Below are positions 21,191 through 30,186 of a stretch of DNA of 64,000 bases, piece after piece. The stretch lies in IMG/VR virus record IMGVR_UViG_3300036770_001537; one strand, written 5' to 3'. A program made the position numbers and the translations under genes. How positions within the stretch are numbered: the first letter of the stretch is position 1; every line of letters starts with the position of its first letter. Source of the stretch: a virus. The notes under the pieces were generated by a model. That model saw nothing but the letters and a program-made list of their open reading frames with translations, did not search any database and had not been told where the DNA came from.

Positions 21191-21418
21191 TCAAAGGGGA
21201 AGTTTAATGGTATTTGATTTTGGTAGGTAGTTAAGTTCTTCAGCTTCTACTTTGATCTTACTCTTGAGTAATGGAGATAGAAGTTTTGCTGCTACTTCTA
21301 CCTCCATATCTCTTTCTTCACAATACATAACCACAGCATCCATATATGAAACATCTTTCATATAGACGATTTCTTCAATATCAAGAGAGAACTTCAACAC
21401 TTCATCATTTTTCATCAT
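21191..21418 (-). CDS. gp33: late transcription coactivator gp33
   Basis: FSLDIEEIV..SYMDAVVMYCEE..LKSKIKVEAEELNYL. Confidence 0.92.
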   Translation of the reverse strand: MMKNDEVLKFSLDIEEIVYMKDVSYMDAVVMYCEERDMEVEVAAKLLSPLLKSKIKVEAEELNYLPKSNTIKLPL

Positions 21419-21429
21419 AACAAGACTCT

Positions 21430-21819
21430 TTAGTTGTAGGGTTGTAGTGAATGGTCGAAATCGTCTCTATCAACTGTGATGAATGAATGGCTGACAATGT
21501 TGAACTCATCAAGTTTCTTGAGGACGATATTTACATCAAAGTTCTTACACGAAAACAAATCGAACTCAATAAGTGAGGGAGAAACTTCATCCCATACGTG
21601 AATAGATAGATGCGAAAAGTCTAGAATGGCAACCGCAGTGTGTCCTTTGTTACCTTCCATATCAGAATATACAACAAGTGGACCACCAATAACTTTCATA
21701 CCAACTAGGTCAATAACTTCGCAACACCAATCCGAAAGAGCAATTGCTTCTCTTGGTGGATTGTTAACATAAGCACGAACTATAACGTGTTTGTGTTCAC
21801 GCAGTATGGGTTTTTTCAT
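21430..21819 (-). CDS. speD: S-adenosylmethionine decarboxylase-like pyruvoyl proenzyme (start uncertain)
   Basis: HKHVIVRA, GNKGHTAVAILDFSHLSIHVWDE, FDLFSCKNFD. Confidence 0.8.
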   Translation of the reverse strand: MKKPILREHKHVIVRAYVNNPPREAIALSDWCCEVIDLVGMKVIGGPLVVYSDMEGNKGHTAVAILDFSHLSIHVWDEVSPSLIEFDLFSCKNFDVNIVLKKLDEFNIVSHSFITVDRDDFDHSLQPYN

Positions 21820-21854
21820 GGCATTAAGTTTATCTACCTCCGAATAAAAAGAAA

Positions 21855-22256
21855 ATGGCAGTTTTGTTTGATCGTGGATAACTGCCAACCACTAGTACAA
21901 TACGGATGTACCCGACTGATATATTCTGTTTCGAGGTCAATCAGTAAACCCAATGAGATTAAGCCGCTAGGCGTGTCTCAAATGGAGCATTATCGTTTGC
22001 TGCCTTTACGTTGTTTGGACTAATTTTCGGTCGTTCCTTACCGGTATCTCCACTTTCTCCAATACGTCTGTCGATCCTATTTCGCCCCCATCAAAGATAC
22101 ACTGTCTGCACCATGCATCAGCTCTCTCTTTAATGTTTTAGATATCATATTACATCAAGAGTGTTTTGCCTTAAAACTAAACTAATCAGTGTATCTGTGG
22201 TGGAGGCGTTGGGTACTGCCCCCAAGTCCAGTCCGTTCTTCAATTGCTTCAACGAT
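21855..22256 (-). ncRNA. ssrA: two-piece (circularly permuted) tmRNA
   Basis: Acceptor piece ends GGGGGCAGTACCCAACGCCTCCACCA (CCA at 22198). Coding piece starts GGGGGCGAAATAGGATCGAC (22089). G3-U70 pair present. Tag ANDNAPFETRLAA* at 22000-21959. Outer ends approximate. Confidence 0.93.
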
Positions 22257-22263
22257 ACAGTCT

Positions 22264-22271
22264 TATTTATA
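22264..22271 (-). promoter_or_regulatory. late promoter TATAAATA driving tmRNA
   Basis: tatttata just upstream of the acceptor piece. Confidence 0.75.
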
Positions 22272-22290
22272 CCACACCCACACCAGGAAG

Positions 22291-22467
22291 TCAAGCCCTT
22301 TTTCTCTTTTTGACTCTCTTTTTATATTCAGGAAAACTCATCAGATATTGAAATTTGCTTGAAATATATTCTTCATACAACTTCTGATTATTTTTATAAT
22401 GGTGAATGATAGATTTTGTTTTGGCTTTAGATACACTTTTGCTCGTAGTATTATCATAGCCACCCAT
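22291..22467 (-). CDS. hypothetical small basic protein
   Basis: ORF; start MGGYD follows the phosphatase stop. Confidence 0.5.
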   Translation of the reverse strand: MGGYDNTTSKSVSKAKTKSIIHHYKNNQKLYEEYISSKFQYLMSFPEYKKRVKKRKRA

Positions 22468-22468
22468 A

Positions 22469-22918
22469 TCAATATCCACCATCTTTAACTTGAAGACAAC
22501 GAATGCCTTCCTCTCTCCACATATCAACAACCATTCCACGATCATCTAATGCCATATATGGATCATAGCCGTCAAGGCGAATGTTTTTTAGAATCTCACG
22601 CTTGACGATATTATCATCCCGATAATCACCTTCTTCACGCATATATACCCTATCATAAACTCCTTCAAGACCAGCCTTTTCAATCAACCACTGTTCTGTT
22701 ACTCCACGATATTCATCAGATCGTGCTGTAACAATGAGAATCGTATTACCTGCTTCCTTGAGAGTTTTTACCAACCAGATGATATCTTCATATGGAGTAT
22801 CCATCAATGCTTCTGAATAATATGCAGTCCAATTTTTTGGGCGAACGTAAAGATAATGTTCCCTGTGGTCGGAATCGGCAATGGTTCCGTCCATATCAAC
22901 CAGAATCACTTTTGACAT
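22469..22918 (-). CDS. stand-alone HAD 3'-phosphatase (PseT/PNKP C-terminal domain)
   Basis: DMDGTIA, IVTAR, MREEGDYRDDNIVK, DDR..VVDMWR.EGIRCLQV. Confidence 0.9.
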   Translation of the reverse strand: MSKVILVDMDGTIADSDHREHYLYVRPKNWTAYYSEALMDTPYEDIIWLVKTLKEAGNTILIVTARSDEYRGVTEQWLIEKAGLEGVYDRVYMREEGDYRDDNIVKREILKNIRLDGYDPYMALDDRGMVVDMWREEGIRCLQVKDGGY

Positions 22919-22920
22919 GA

Positions 22921-23604
22921 TTAGCCTTTCTTTTGGTCCCTATGATAAGTTAGGATTTTATCAAAGAGAGTTTCAATGTAGTTCTCTTTACTTTCTATGA
23001 AGACTTGTGGCTTTGGTAGATCATCAGCCAGAATTATAATCACGATTTGGTCTATGACAATTTCTGTCCTTTCCTCATACATCAAAGCATATGCCGTTGC
23101 TTGTTCGAAGTAGTCCTGAATGTGTTCTTTTCTTTTCTCTTTCCTCGATGTCTTGAAATCAATGATTGAAAGAGTTCCGTCAAATTCAGCTATCACATCA
23201 GTTCTTCCAGCAAGCAACATCTTCTCGGAGTAAAGAGATGCTTCTATGTGGTGAATATTGTCTATTCTATCAACATCTGCTCGAATGTCAAGGAAATTCT
23301 GCTTGAGGTCCAGCATAAGATTTTCTGTTAGTGTTTTCACGGGAACATTTTCAAGATATTTTTCAAGCAGGTTATGAACTTTGGTTCCACGAGAAGATGC
23401 TTTAGCAGAAATTTTATTTGCTTCTTCATGTCCGACTCTATCACGCCATGCTTGAATTGCTTTCTTTTTGAAATGACCAAGCATGGTGGTGACAGATATT
23501 GCGTGAGTTCCGTTTGGTAGTATGTAAGTCCTTTTTCCGTCTTTTTCAAATTTGTCTAGTGTCACAAGTTCAGGGAGTCCTGATACATAACGAAATTGTT
23601 TCAT
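22921..23604 (-). CDS. PD-(D/E)XK (Cas4/RecB-like) exonuclease
   Basis: SVTTML, RGTKVH, AGRTDVIAEFDG..IIDFKTS, YFEQATAYA. Confidence 0.9.
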   Translation of the reverse strand: MKQFRYVSGLPELVTLDKFEKDGKRTYILPNGTHAISVTTMLGHFKKKAIQAWRDRVGHEEANKISAKASSRGTKVHNLLEKYLENVPVKTLTENLMLDLKQNFLDIRADVDRIDNIHHIEASLYSEKMLLAGRTDVIAEFDGTLSIIDFKTSRKEKRKEHIQDYFEQATAYALMYEERTEIVIDQIVIIILADDLPKPQVFIESKENYIETLFDKILTYHRDQKKG

Positions 23605-24209
23605 TTCTTTTTGATCCGTTTCTTAGGTCTTGCTGGTGGGGCCTTGGAATCTTCTTCTTTTGGCTTACCAAGAATCATCTTGGTCTTTATCGTGCCACCA
23701 ATTTTTCTCTTATACTTATTTCCACCAAGAACCTTTGTTTTTTTACCAGTTAGTTCAGTTGCACTTCTTGGAGAAATAACAGGTGCTTTGATTTTATTTT
23801 TGATGATATGCTGCATTGGACCAGAAAATTCTCCCCAAACATTACGAGCATCAGCCTGAGTTTTGAAATCCTCTTTCATGATATTGATGAAGTCTTTACT
23901 ACCTTGTTCTGATTTGTTTGTTCCGGCAGCAACAATCTTACGACCTTTTGATGGTTTGTAAAGAACCACAGCAGAGATTTTTCCATCACGCCTTACTGCT
24001 TTGATGTGTGAATTGGAAATGTCAGAATGAATGACTTTAGATTCTTCGTCGGAACCAGATTTCTGACCAGCATAACCACCAAGTTTAGAATATGAGTCAC
24101 GAAGAATATCGTGAATATCCTGCCTGTGAAGCTCACGATATCTTTCATGGTCTGGATTGAATCCTGGATTGAGGAATTTTTCTTCTAAGAATTGTAAAAA
24201 GGTTTCCAT
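23601..24209 (-). CDS. putative capsid-internal protein (CTS-like METFLQFLEE)
   Basis: N-terminal motif; basic tail; fold unknown, possibly GNAT-like. Confidence 0.6.
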   Translation of the reverse strand: METFLQFLEEKFLNPGFNPDHERYRELHRQDIHDILRDSYSKLGGYAGQKSGSDEESKVIHSDISNSHIKAVRRDGKISAVVLYKPSKGRKIVAAGTNKSEQGSKDFINIMKEDFKTQADARNVWGEFSGPMQHIIKNKIKAPVISPRSATELTGKKTKVLGGNKYKRKIGGTIKTKMILGKPKEEDSKAPPARPKKRIKKK

Positions 24210-24221
24210 TGTTGTTCCTTA

Positions 24222-25301
24222 TCAGGGATTTGTTTTTTGTTGTATGTTAGCAGCTACTCTTTTAAACCAAGAAGGTGAATCGCCATAGTTTGTGTATGTT
24301 GGTTTTCCTTCTCGTCGTCTTGCTCCCGCTCTTTTAGCCCATTCTTCATCTTCTCTGCCCATATGATCCGCAAGTCTGGCAGCCTTATATGCTTTTTGCT
24401 CACGTTCGCCAAATCCATGATCAACAATAACAAGATGTTCTTCGCCAGTATCTGGGTCCGTCGAAACTCCCCAATTTCCAGGTTGCGAATAATCCATTGG
24501 AGGTGTGCCAGTTTCAATCTGGTGCTGAAGAAGATTTTTGAAAAGTGGATGTGAAGTTATAGCATCCAGCTTTGCTTCATTTGCAGGACCAGTGTCGTGA
24601 TATGCCCCTCTACTCTTATGCCATTCTCTTTCTAGAGCACGAATCAAATGATGAAAAACTATTCCGTCTGGATGACTATCTGTTCTAGATATTTTAGTAA
24701 ATTCTCTACCAGATTTTATTCTACGAGCATAACCAGCTTCTGTCCATCTATGCTCCTTAACATCATGAGCATGTAGTTCTGGGAATATCCCATTTTTATT
24801 TCTTGTATATGTCCCATCGGGATTTCTAATATAGATACGCCATTTGTTATTTTTTTCATCTCCCGTTACAGGGTCTTTCATTCCGTTTTCGGCTTCATTT
24901 TGCATAACACCTAAAGGCGTTTTATTACCTAGGCTCTTATGTGCTTCATCAAGAGGTGCAGGTTGTGCAACTTTAAAAACGGTAGGGACTTCAGTTTCTT
25001 TTCCATCAAGAATTATGGTGTTGGTTTTATCTGGTTCTGTAATATTTTTAGTTCTATCTAAAGGTGCATCTGGAGAAGGTCTAGTGACCATTTGTGGCAA
25101 CAATGCCAATCTTGATGACCCTGATGCAACTTCTCCGAAACCAGGGTTTTCACCAAGACGCCTTGCAGCATCTCCCATAGCAGTAATCATCGGACCACTA
25201 AGTTTGTCATGATTATCCGCCTTTGTAATGGCATGTAGAATATCTGGATGAATTTTATGTTCTACTGCAAGTTCTTCTCTTATCTGCTTGAGAGTTTTCA
25301 T
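24222..25301 (-). CDS. putative capsid-internal protein with protein-kinase-like motifs
   Basis: MKTLKQIREE; SGSSR, VFKVA, QNEAE, DYSQPGNWG, VIVDHGF. Confidence 0.6.
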   Translation of the reverse strand: MKTLKQIREELAVEHKIHPDILHAITKADNHDKLSGPMITAMGDAARRLGENPGFGEVASGSSRLALLPQMVTRPSPDAPLDRTKNITEPDKTNTIILDGKETEVPTVFKVAQPAPLDEAHKSLGNKTPLGVMQNEAENGMKDPVTGDEKNNKWRIYIRNPDGTYTRNKNGIFPELHAHDVKEHRWTEAGYARRIKSGREFTKISRTDSHPDGIVFHHLIRALEREWHKSRGAYHDTGPANEAKLDAITSHPLFKNLLQHQIETGTPPMDYSQPGNWGVSTDPDTGEEHLVIVDHGFGEREQKAYKAARLADHMGREDEEWAKRAGARRREGKPTYTNYGDSPSWFKRVAANIQQKTNP

Positions 25302-26011
25302 ATCCCCATCTCTGTTCTGGTGACTATATAATCTTTCACAAGCCCAGACCTAACAATATCTGGCTTGTCAAATTCAATATAATCAAATCTGTTCATTTGT
25401 TTAGTTATATTTATAAACTTCATGAGTCCAGATTTATCTTTATCGTTAGACAAGTCGGTTTGTCTAAAGTCACCACAGAAAACAATCTTGGAATCGTCAC
25501 CCATACGAGTCATGACAGTATCGAGTTCACCGAATGTCATATTCTGGAGTTCATCAACAATCACGATTGCGTTTTTGAATGTCACTCCGCGAAGATATGA
25601 TGTTGTCGTGAATTGAACTAGCCCTTTCATTTTTAGAATATCATATCCATCACCACGACCAAACAAATCATCACAGATTTCTTTGTATGGTTCTTCATAT
25701 ACCTTGATCTTCTCTTTGATATTGCCGGGAAGGAAACCCATATCTCTTGATGGCACTACCGAACGAATGATAACAACCTTATCACATACAGAACGGCCTT
25801 TCAATACTTCTTCTAATGCTAGATAAAGAGAGATGAAAGATTTACCTGTTCCAGCGAATCCATGAAGTATCAAATTCTGCCCGTCACGATATGAATCAAA
25901 TGTCTTTTGCTGGTTTGGTGTTAGTGGATAGATTGTTCTAAGTTCAAAGTGTGTTTTTGCTTGTTGAACTTTGCTTTGTAGTTGTTCTCTCTTTACTTTT
26001 CTTTTTGACAT
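25298..26011 (-). CDS. phoH: PhoH-like ATPase
   Basis: GFAGTGKS, RSVVPSRDMGFLPG, RGVTF, VDELQN, FCGDFRQTDL, DIVRSGLV; GGAG RBS before MSKRK. Confidence 0.95.
   Translation of the reverse strand: MSKRKVKREQLQSKVQQAKTHFELRTIYPLTPNQQKTFDSYRDGQNLILHGFAGTGKSFISLYLALEEVLKGRSVCDKVVIIRSVVPSRDMGFLPGNIKEKIKVYEEPYKEICDDLFGRGDGYDILKMKGLVQFTTTSYLRGVTFKNAIVIVDELQNMTFGELDTVMTRMGDDSKIVFCGDFRQTDLSNDKDKSGLMKFINITKQMNRFDYIEFDKPDIVRSGLVKDYIVTRTEMGI
25408..25415 (-). promoter_or_regulatory. late promoter inside phoH, positioned for the two CTS-like genes
   Basis: tatttata about 110 nt upstream of 25301. Confidence 0.5.
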
Positions 26012-26029
26012 AGTGTCTCCTTTATGTAC

Positions 26030-26061
26030 GACAAAGGGCCTACCTTTCGGCAAGCCCTTTG
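26030..26061. terminator. hairpin between HNH gene and phoH (terminator or processing site)
   Basis: acaaagggc..tttcg..gccctttgt inverted repeat. Confidence 0.5.
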
Positions 26062-26098
26062 TTTTAACTTTGGATTGATAGTTAAATTTGTTACTCAA

Positions 26099-26623
26099 TT
26101 AAATTTCCGTTTTATTATGCTTTTGCAGATGCTGGTTTAAATTACCTTTGCCTCTACACAATTTACCGCAGACATTACATTCATATTTAGGAACTTTGTA
26201 TTGTGCAATTCTATCCAAATCTTTTTCTTCGTCTGTTTTGATACGACCTTTATTCCAAGGAATCTGTCCTATGTGACTCGTCCTCATTTTCTCTTTAGAT
26301 TCCTTTGTAAATTTATAACCAGTTAGTGGATGTCCTTTTGTTTTAAATCTTTTCTTTTGACTGATACCTATAGTTTTTCTGGTTTCATCACTTATAATTC
26401 TATTTTTCATATAGAGTCTTTGTACTTCTTTTATGGCTTCGGCAGAACTAATTTGACCAGATAGCATTTGCCAAGCAATTTTATCTTGCCAGTGACCTAA
26501 GTCCTCCCATAATTGCTTATGTAAAGCAGCATGTTCTTCTACAGTAACAGTGACGAGATTAGATGGGTCATCCGATCCACCCATATGTTTTGGTATGATA
26601 TGGTGCTTGTGATAAATAGTCAT
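26099..26623 (-). CDS. HNH homing endonuclease with NUMOD3-like repeats and C-terminal zinc finger
   Basis: HKHHIIPKHMGGSDDPSNLV..EEHAALH; PWNKG; CNVC..H. Confidence 0.88.
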   Translation of the reverse strand: MTIYHKHHIIPKHMGGSDDPSNLVTVTVEEHAALHKQLWEDLGHWQDKIAWQMLSGQISSAEAIKEVQRLYMKNRIISDETRKTIGISQKKRFKTKGHPLTGYKFTKESKEKMRTSHIGQIPWNKGRIKTDEEKDLDRIAQYKVPKYECNVCGKLCRGKGNLNQHLQKHNKTEI

Positions 26624-26690
26624 GGCTGGTGCTCCTTTCAGCATTAGAGTGGTTGGATGCTGGTAACATCGCGAACCACAACTATTTATA
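26624..26690 (-). promoter_or_regulatory. late promoter plus conserved structured 5' leader of HNH gene (copy 1)
   Basis: TATAAATA..GTGGTTcgcGATGttaccagCATCcAACCAC-TCTAA-TGCTgaaaggAGCA-CCAGCC-ATG; matches the copy at 56495-56566. Confidence 0.8.
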
Positions 26691-26695
26691 ATATA

Positions 26696-26959
26696 TCAAA
26701 TCTCTTTAGGTATAGTCCATCTCTTATTACCAATTGCTGTAGCACCAGGAGTCTTTGCTTTTATCTTTCCCAAGACATATTTCTGAAAATCATTTGACGG
26801 CTTGGTAATGCCAATGTTGGTGGGATCAGCAATGCTAACTTTTGAATATACTCGTTCCATTGTGGTATTTGTCTTTTCAAACTCTACCATCTCTGAAATA
26901 GTCATAGATAGTTCTACGACTTCACCTGTTTCAGTATTTTGATATGTATAGTTGGGCAT
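26696..26959 (-). CDS. FmdB-like small protein
   Basis: MPNYTYQNTETGE N-terminus typical of T4-like FmdB-family proteins. Confidence 0.6.
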   Translation of the reverse strand: MPNYTYQNTETGEVVELSMTISEMVEFEKTNTTMERVYSKVSIADPTNIGITKPSNDFQKYVLGKIKAKTPGATAIGNKRWTIPKEI

Positions 26960-26985
26960 TCAAATTCCTTTCATAATACTATTTA

Positions 26986-27543
26986 TCATTCTGTCATCCA
27001 CAACGGTGCTTCACGGTTGGTCCATTTGTGAAGATGTGATTTACCATGCTTGTAATAATTGCGGTAGTTCACGACAGAATCTTCTGAGATTATATATGAA
27101 TCATCCATAGCAGGTGGTGGTTGAGTGAAATTTGCGGGAGAGATATTGTTAGGAACATCTCGAAGAACACTAGCCATCGTTTCACACTTATGTTTCTTGC
27201 CGTAACGATAAGTGTATTCATCCAGTAGAGCAATGAAATGGTCATATAGCCAAACATAATTAGCAGTAGATTGACGACACCAAATAGCAGAAGGATGATT
27301 AACATGAGTTGCTGAATATAGAGCACTCTCACGATCATCATCCAATACCCAACGCTTTACATTTCGGTGCCTAATTGGAAGAGAACCATTAACGACTTTC
27401 TTTTCTACAGTCAGTTTGCCGTCAAGCACACGATGAGCAGTTGATAGAAGTTGGGCACTCTCAAGAATCATTTTAACACAGTGACTATTAACGAGACATT
27501 GAGCAGCAATAGTCGGGTTTTTATCTACATAGAAGACGTTCAT
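26986..27543 (-). CDS. pyrimidine-dimer DNA glycosylase family protein (DenV-like)
   Basis: MNVFYVD, HCVKMILESAQLLSTAH, THVNHPSAIW, EYTYRYGKKH, YRNYY. Confidence 0.85.
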   Translation of the reverse strand: MNVFYVDKNPTIAAQCLVNSHCVKMILESAQLLSTAHRVLDGKLTVEKKVVNGSLPIRHRNVKRWVLDDDRESALYSATHVNHPSAIWCRQSTANYVWLYDHFIALLDEYTYRYGKKHKCETMASVLRDVPNNISPANFTQPPPAMDDSYIISEDSVVNYRNYYKHGKSHLHKWTNREAPLWMTE

Positions 27544-27575
27544 TCTTGTGTTTCCTTTTCCGAGAATATGCCTTC

Positions 27576-27827
27576 TTATTTTTTACGACCTTTGGTTTGA
27601 ATGGAGTATCCTTCAGAAACAGAATCGCGGCACTCCGGGTTTTCCTTGGCTTCTTCATTTTGTTGCCTCAACTTCTTTTCTCTCAATCGACATTCCTTGA
27701 TAATAGCAGATCGTCTATCATCTGTAAACCATTTCCAGTGTTGAATTTCATCAATCATACGAAAGCACCCGGAACAATAATCTGTTCCAGGTGCCACCTT
27801 ACAAACTTTGATACATGGAGTAATCAT
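27576..27827 (-). CDS. DUF1289-family Cys-rich protein
   Basis: TPCIKVC....CSGCFRMIDEI..W. Confidence 0.8.
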   Translation of the reverse strand: MITPCIKVCKVAPGTDYCSGCFRMIDEIQHWKWFTDDRRSAIIKECRLREKKLRQQNEEAKENPECRDSVSEGYSIQTKGRKK

Positions 27828-28285
27828 CGGAGAAGATCACGAACGTCTTCAACTGCATCCCAATCAGATTCAACAGCATGAGCCTGCATAACAACTTCCG
27901 AAGAATCAGGCACTCCCAAAGAAGTCATATCCATAACGGGAGTATCATCTTCATCATCTTCTACCGAAGCAGCAACAGAAGCGGTAGCAGCAGTAACAAC
28001 AGCAGCAACAACCTTCTTCACCTTGTCGGGTTTATCCCACTGATTAAGATCAACATCCGAATCCTTGGTCATTGTGTAAGAAACAATCTTACGCCCAACC
28101 TTAGTTGCCTCAATTTCAAAGCCAAGTTCCTTTCGCATCGTATTCACAAACTTGGTGGCATACTTTGCGGTGAGAGCATCATTGATAGTATCAACATCAA
28201 GCGTTGCATTCTTGCGAAACATCTCAGCAATGATCTTGATATGCTTGATGCCCTGGCCCTTGAAAGTAGTAGCAGTCATTTTCAT
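27824..28285 (-). CDS. hypothetical early protein
   Basis: ORF with GGAG RBS directly downstream of an early promoter. Confidence 0.7.
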   Translation of the reverse strand: MKMTATTFKGQGIKHIKIIAEMFRKNATLDVDTINDALTAKYATKFVNTMRKELGFEIEATKVGRKIVSYTMTKDSDVDLNQWDKPDKVKKVVAAVVTAATASVAASVEDDEDDTPVMDMTSLGVPDSSEVVMQAHAVESDWDAVEDVRDLLR

Positions 28286-28337
28286 TTCTCCATTTCTCAT
28301 TGACGATGTAAGGATTATATCACACTTTAGTTCTAGG

Positions 28338-28577
28338 TCAAGCACTTTCTTTCATGTATTCGTAACTCCTCCGTTCGTCTGCCAGTTTGAGCAACTGAAT
28401 AACTTCGTCACTCTTCTTCTTATACTTTTTAGAAGTCATGACATACCGAACGGAACCTGCACACCAATTGTGATCAGCATACATGAGAGCCAAACGAACT
28501 TTCTTGGGCAAACGATCATAAGCATTCATAGACTGAGCAATGGAATACTTGGAAGCTTTTCCAGAAGAATTGTTCAT
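28338..28577 (-). CDS. hypothetical early protein
   Basis: Start MNNSS after the promoter cassette and GGAG. Confidence 0.7.
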   Translation of the reverse strand: MNNSSGKASKYSIAQSMNAYDRLPKKVRLALMYADHNWCAGSVRYVMTSKKYKKKSDEVIQLLKLADERRSYEYMKESA

Positions 28578-28640
28578 TTGGTGATCTCCCTTCCTCATCA
28601 TGTAGACATTATAGCACACTCAGCGAAGATGTCAAGCACT

Positions 28641-28952
28641 TTAATCCCACCAAAATTCAATAGTATTAGAATCAACCATACGAATTTCGGAAAACTTTGG
28701 TGCCATAAACATCATCGGTGAAATGAGCACTTCCACAACCGAGTATGCATTACGAAGATTGCCAATATCGATCTTTAGTGAACCATCCCAACGATCAGAA
28801 AGCATATTAGCAGCAAGCACTGTAATTTCTTCTCGGTCATGAAGCTCGACAATATGATTTAGGAGTTCAGGATTCCGAAACATACGATACTGCGAAAGGA
28901 TTTCCCGAACCTGTTCCGTAGCAATAGCAGTAGGCATTTGTTTCTCCATCAA
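28641..28952 (-). CDS. hypothetical early protein
   Basis: ORF coupled to its neighbour; ends FWWD. Confidence 0.65.
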   Translation of the reverse strand: MMEKQMPTAIATEQVREILSQYRMFRNPELLNHIVELHDREEITVLAANMLSDRWDGSLKIDIGNLRNAYSVVEVLISPMMFMAPKFSEIRMVDSNTIEFWWD

Positions 28953-29167
28953 AGGATTGCGAAAGGTTCATTCTCATCAACCAGAATATGAGTCCTCAAA
29001 TTCTTATTGTTGAAGACTCGAATCGGGCGGAACAATTCAACTGTATGTTGAACTGCACCACCATACTTTACACGAGAATCAACAACCTTTCCCATGTAAG
29101 GAGTCGAATCCAAATAAACACCACGAATTGTTTGTCCGGTACGATCCCAACCCATGATATTCTCCAT
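28949..29167 (-). CDS. hypothetical early protein
   Basis: GKVVDSRVKYGGAVQHTV; translationally coupled. Confidence 0.65.
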   Translation of the reverse strand: MENIMGWDRTGQTIRGVYLDSTPYMGKVVDSRVKYGGAVQHTVELFRPIRVFNNKNLRTHILVDENEPFAIL

Positions 29168-29463
29168 TAGCCGAAGGAACGAGCACTCTCAACTTCATCG
29201 GCAATCTCATCCCAGCATACTGCCCAGAGATCACCTACATGATGAAGATAAAACTTCCGACCATCAACTGTCATGCAGGCTTTATCAATTATCGCATACC
29301 AAGCATCCCAATACCATTCGTTGTCATGTGGACCATACGCAACACAAACAACATCAGGATCACCCACATCAAGACCCCATTGAGTCATATCGAAATCCTC
29401 AACGAAGTCCTTGGGAATGTAAATTCCACGAGAGTCTGCCAGAAGAAATTCCCGCGTGTTCAT
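29167..29463 (-). CDS. hypothetical early protein
   Basis: DSRGIYIP..YWDAW..GDLWAV; AGGAG RBS after cassette. Confidence 0.7.
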   Translation of the reverse strand: MNTREFLLADSRGIYIPKDFVEDFDMTQWGLDVGDPDVVCVAYGPHDNEWYWDAWYAIIDKACMTVDGRKFYLHHVGDLWAVCWDEIADEVESARSFG

Positions 29464-29516
29464 GAACAATCTCCTTTCCTCATCATGTAAACATTATAGC
29501 ACACTCAGCGAAGATG

Positions 29517-29756
29517 TCAAGCAGCAAGTTCCTTTGTAATCCTAAACTTCTCTGCCAGATCATCAAAGTCAACAAGGCTAATATCGACTGAGTGAATAAT
29601 CAAATCATGAGGGCTGTTCTTTAGAACCGGAAGTTCACTAATAATATCGTAAACATTTTCACCAGTCATTTCGTCCAGTTCAAGATTGTTAATCACTCCA
29701 GCAAACACAACCGAGAAGAGCCACGTTTCACGATTCGTATATCCATTGTAAGACAT
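29517..29756 (-). CDS. hypothetical early protein
   Basis: MSYNGYTNRETW N-terminus; AAGGA RBS. Confidence 0.7.
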   Translation of the reverse strand: MSYNGYTNRETWLFSVVFAGVINNLELDEMTGENVYDIISELPVLKNSPHDLIIHSVDISLVDFDDLAEKFRITKELAA

Positions 29757-29787
29757 TTTGATTTCCTTTGTTGAAGATCAGTCTGCT

Positions 29788-30168
29788 TTAGGCGACGAGC
29801 TTATAAGGTTTATTCCACTTGCCGACATTGATATTAACATACCAACCAACATCGAAATAGTCAACCTCAATTCGTGAATTGTTGTGGTTTCCAGTATTCA
29901 ATGCTTTGACTAGTTCCATAAGGAACTCTTTTACATCACCACTATAATGTTTATCGACATGATGTTCATTCACTTGAATATAATCTGAAACTTCTACATT
30001 TGTCGTATCTTTAAGATTTCTAATGAAATCAAGTTTACCGGATGAGATATTGCACACGATTGTGGAATGATGGTCTACAGCAAAGGTGGCTTTGACGCCA
30101 TACTTCTTGAGAATCGGCTTAGCCAAAGCAACAAGTTCAGCCTTTCGTTCTTGGTTCATATAAGCCAT
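29788..30168 (-). CDS. conserved phage hypothetical protein
   Basis: MAYMNQERK..DYFDVGWYVNINVGKWNKPY; GGAG RBS. Confidence 0.75.
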   Translation of the reverse strand: MAYMNQERKAELVALAKPILKKYGVKATFAVDHHSTIVCNISSGKLDFIRNLKDTTNVEVSDYIQVNEHHVDKHYSGDVKEFLMELVKALNTGNHNNSRIEVDYFDVGWYVNINVGKWNKPYKLVA

Positions 30169-30186
30169 GCTAAATCTCCAGAAAGT

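Noticed and set aside
22921-23604. Cas4-like nuclease as part of a CRISPR-Cas system
   Set aside because: No array or other cas genes; this is a common T4-like phage exonuclease
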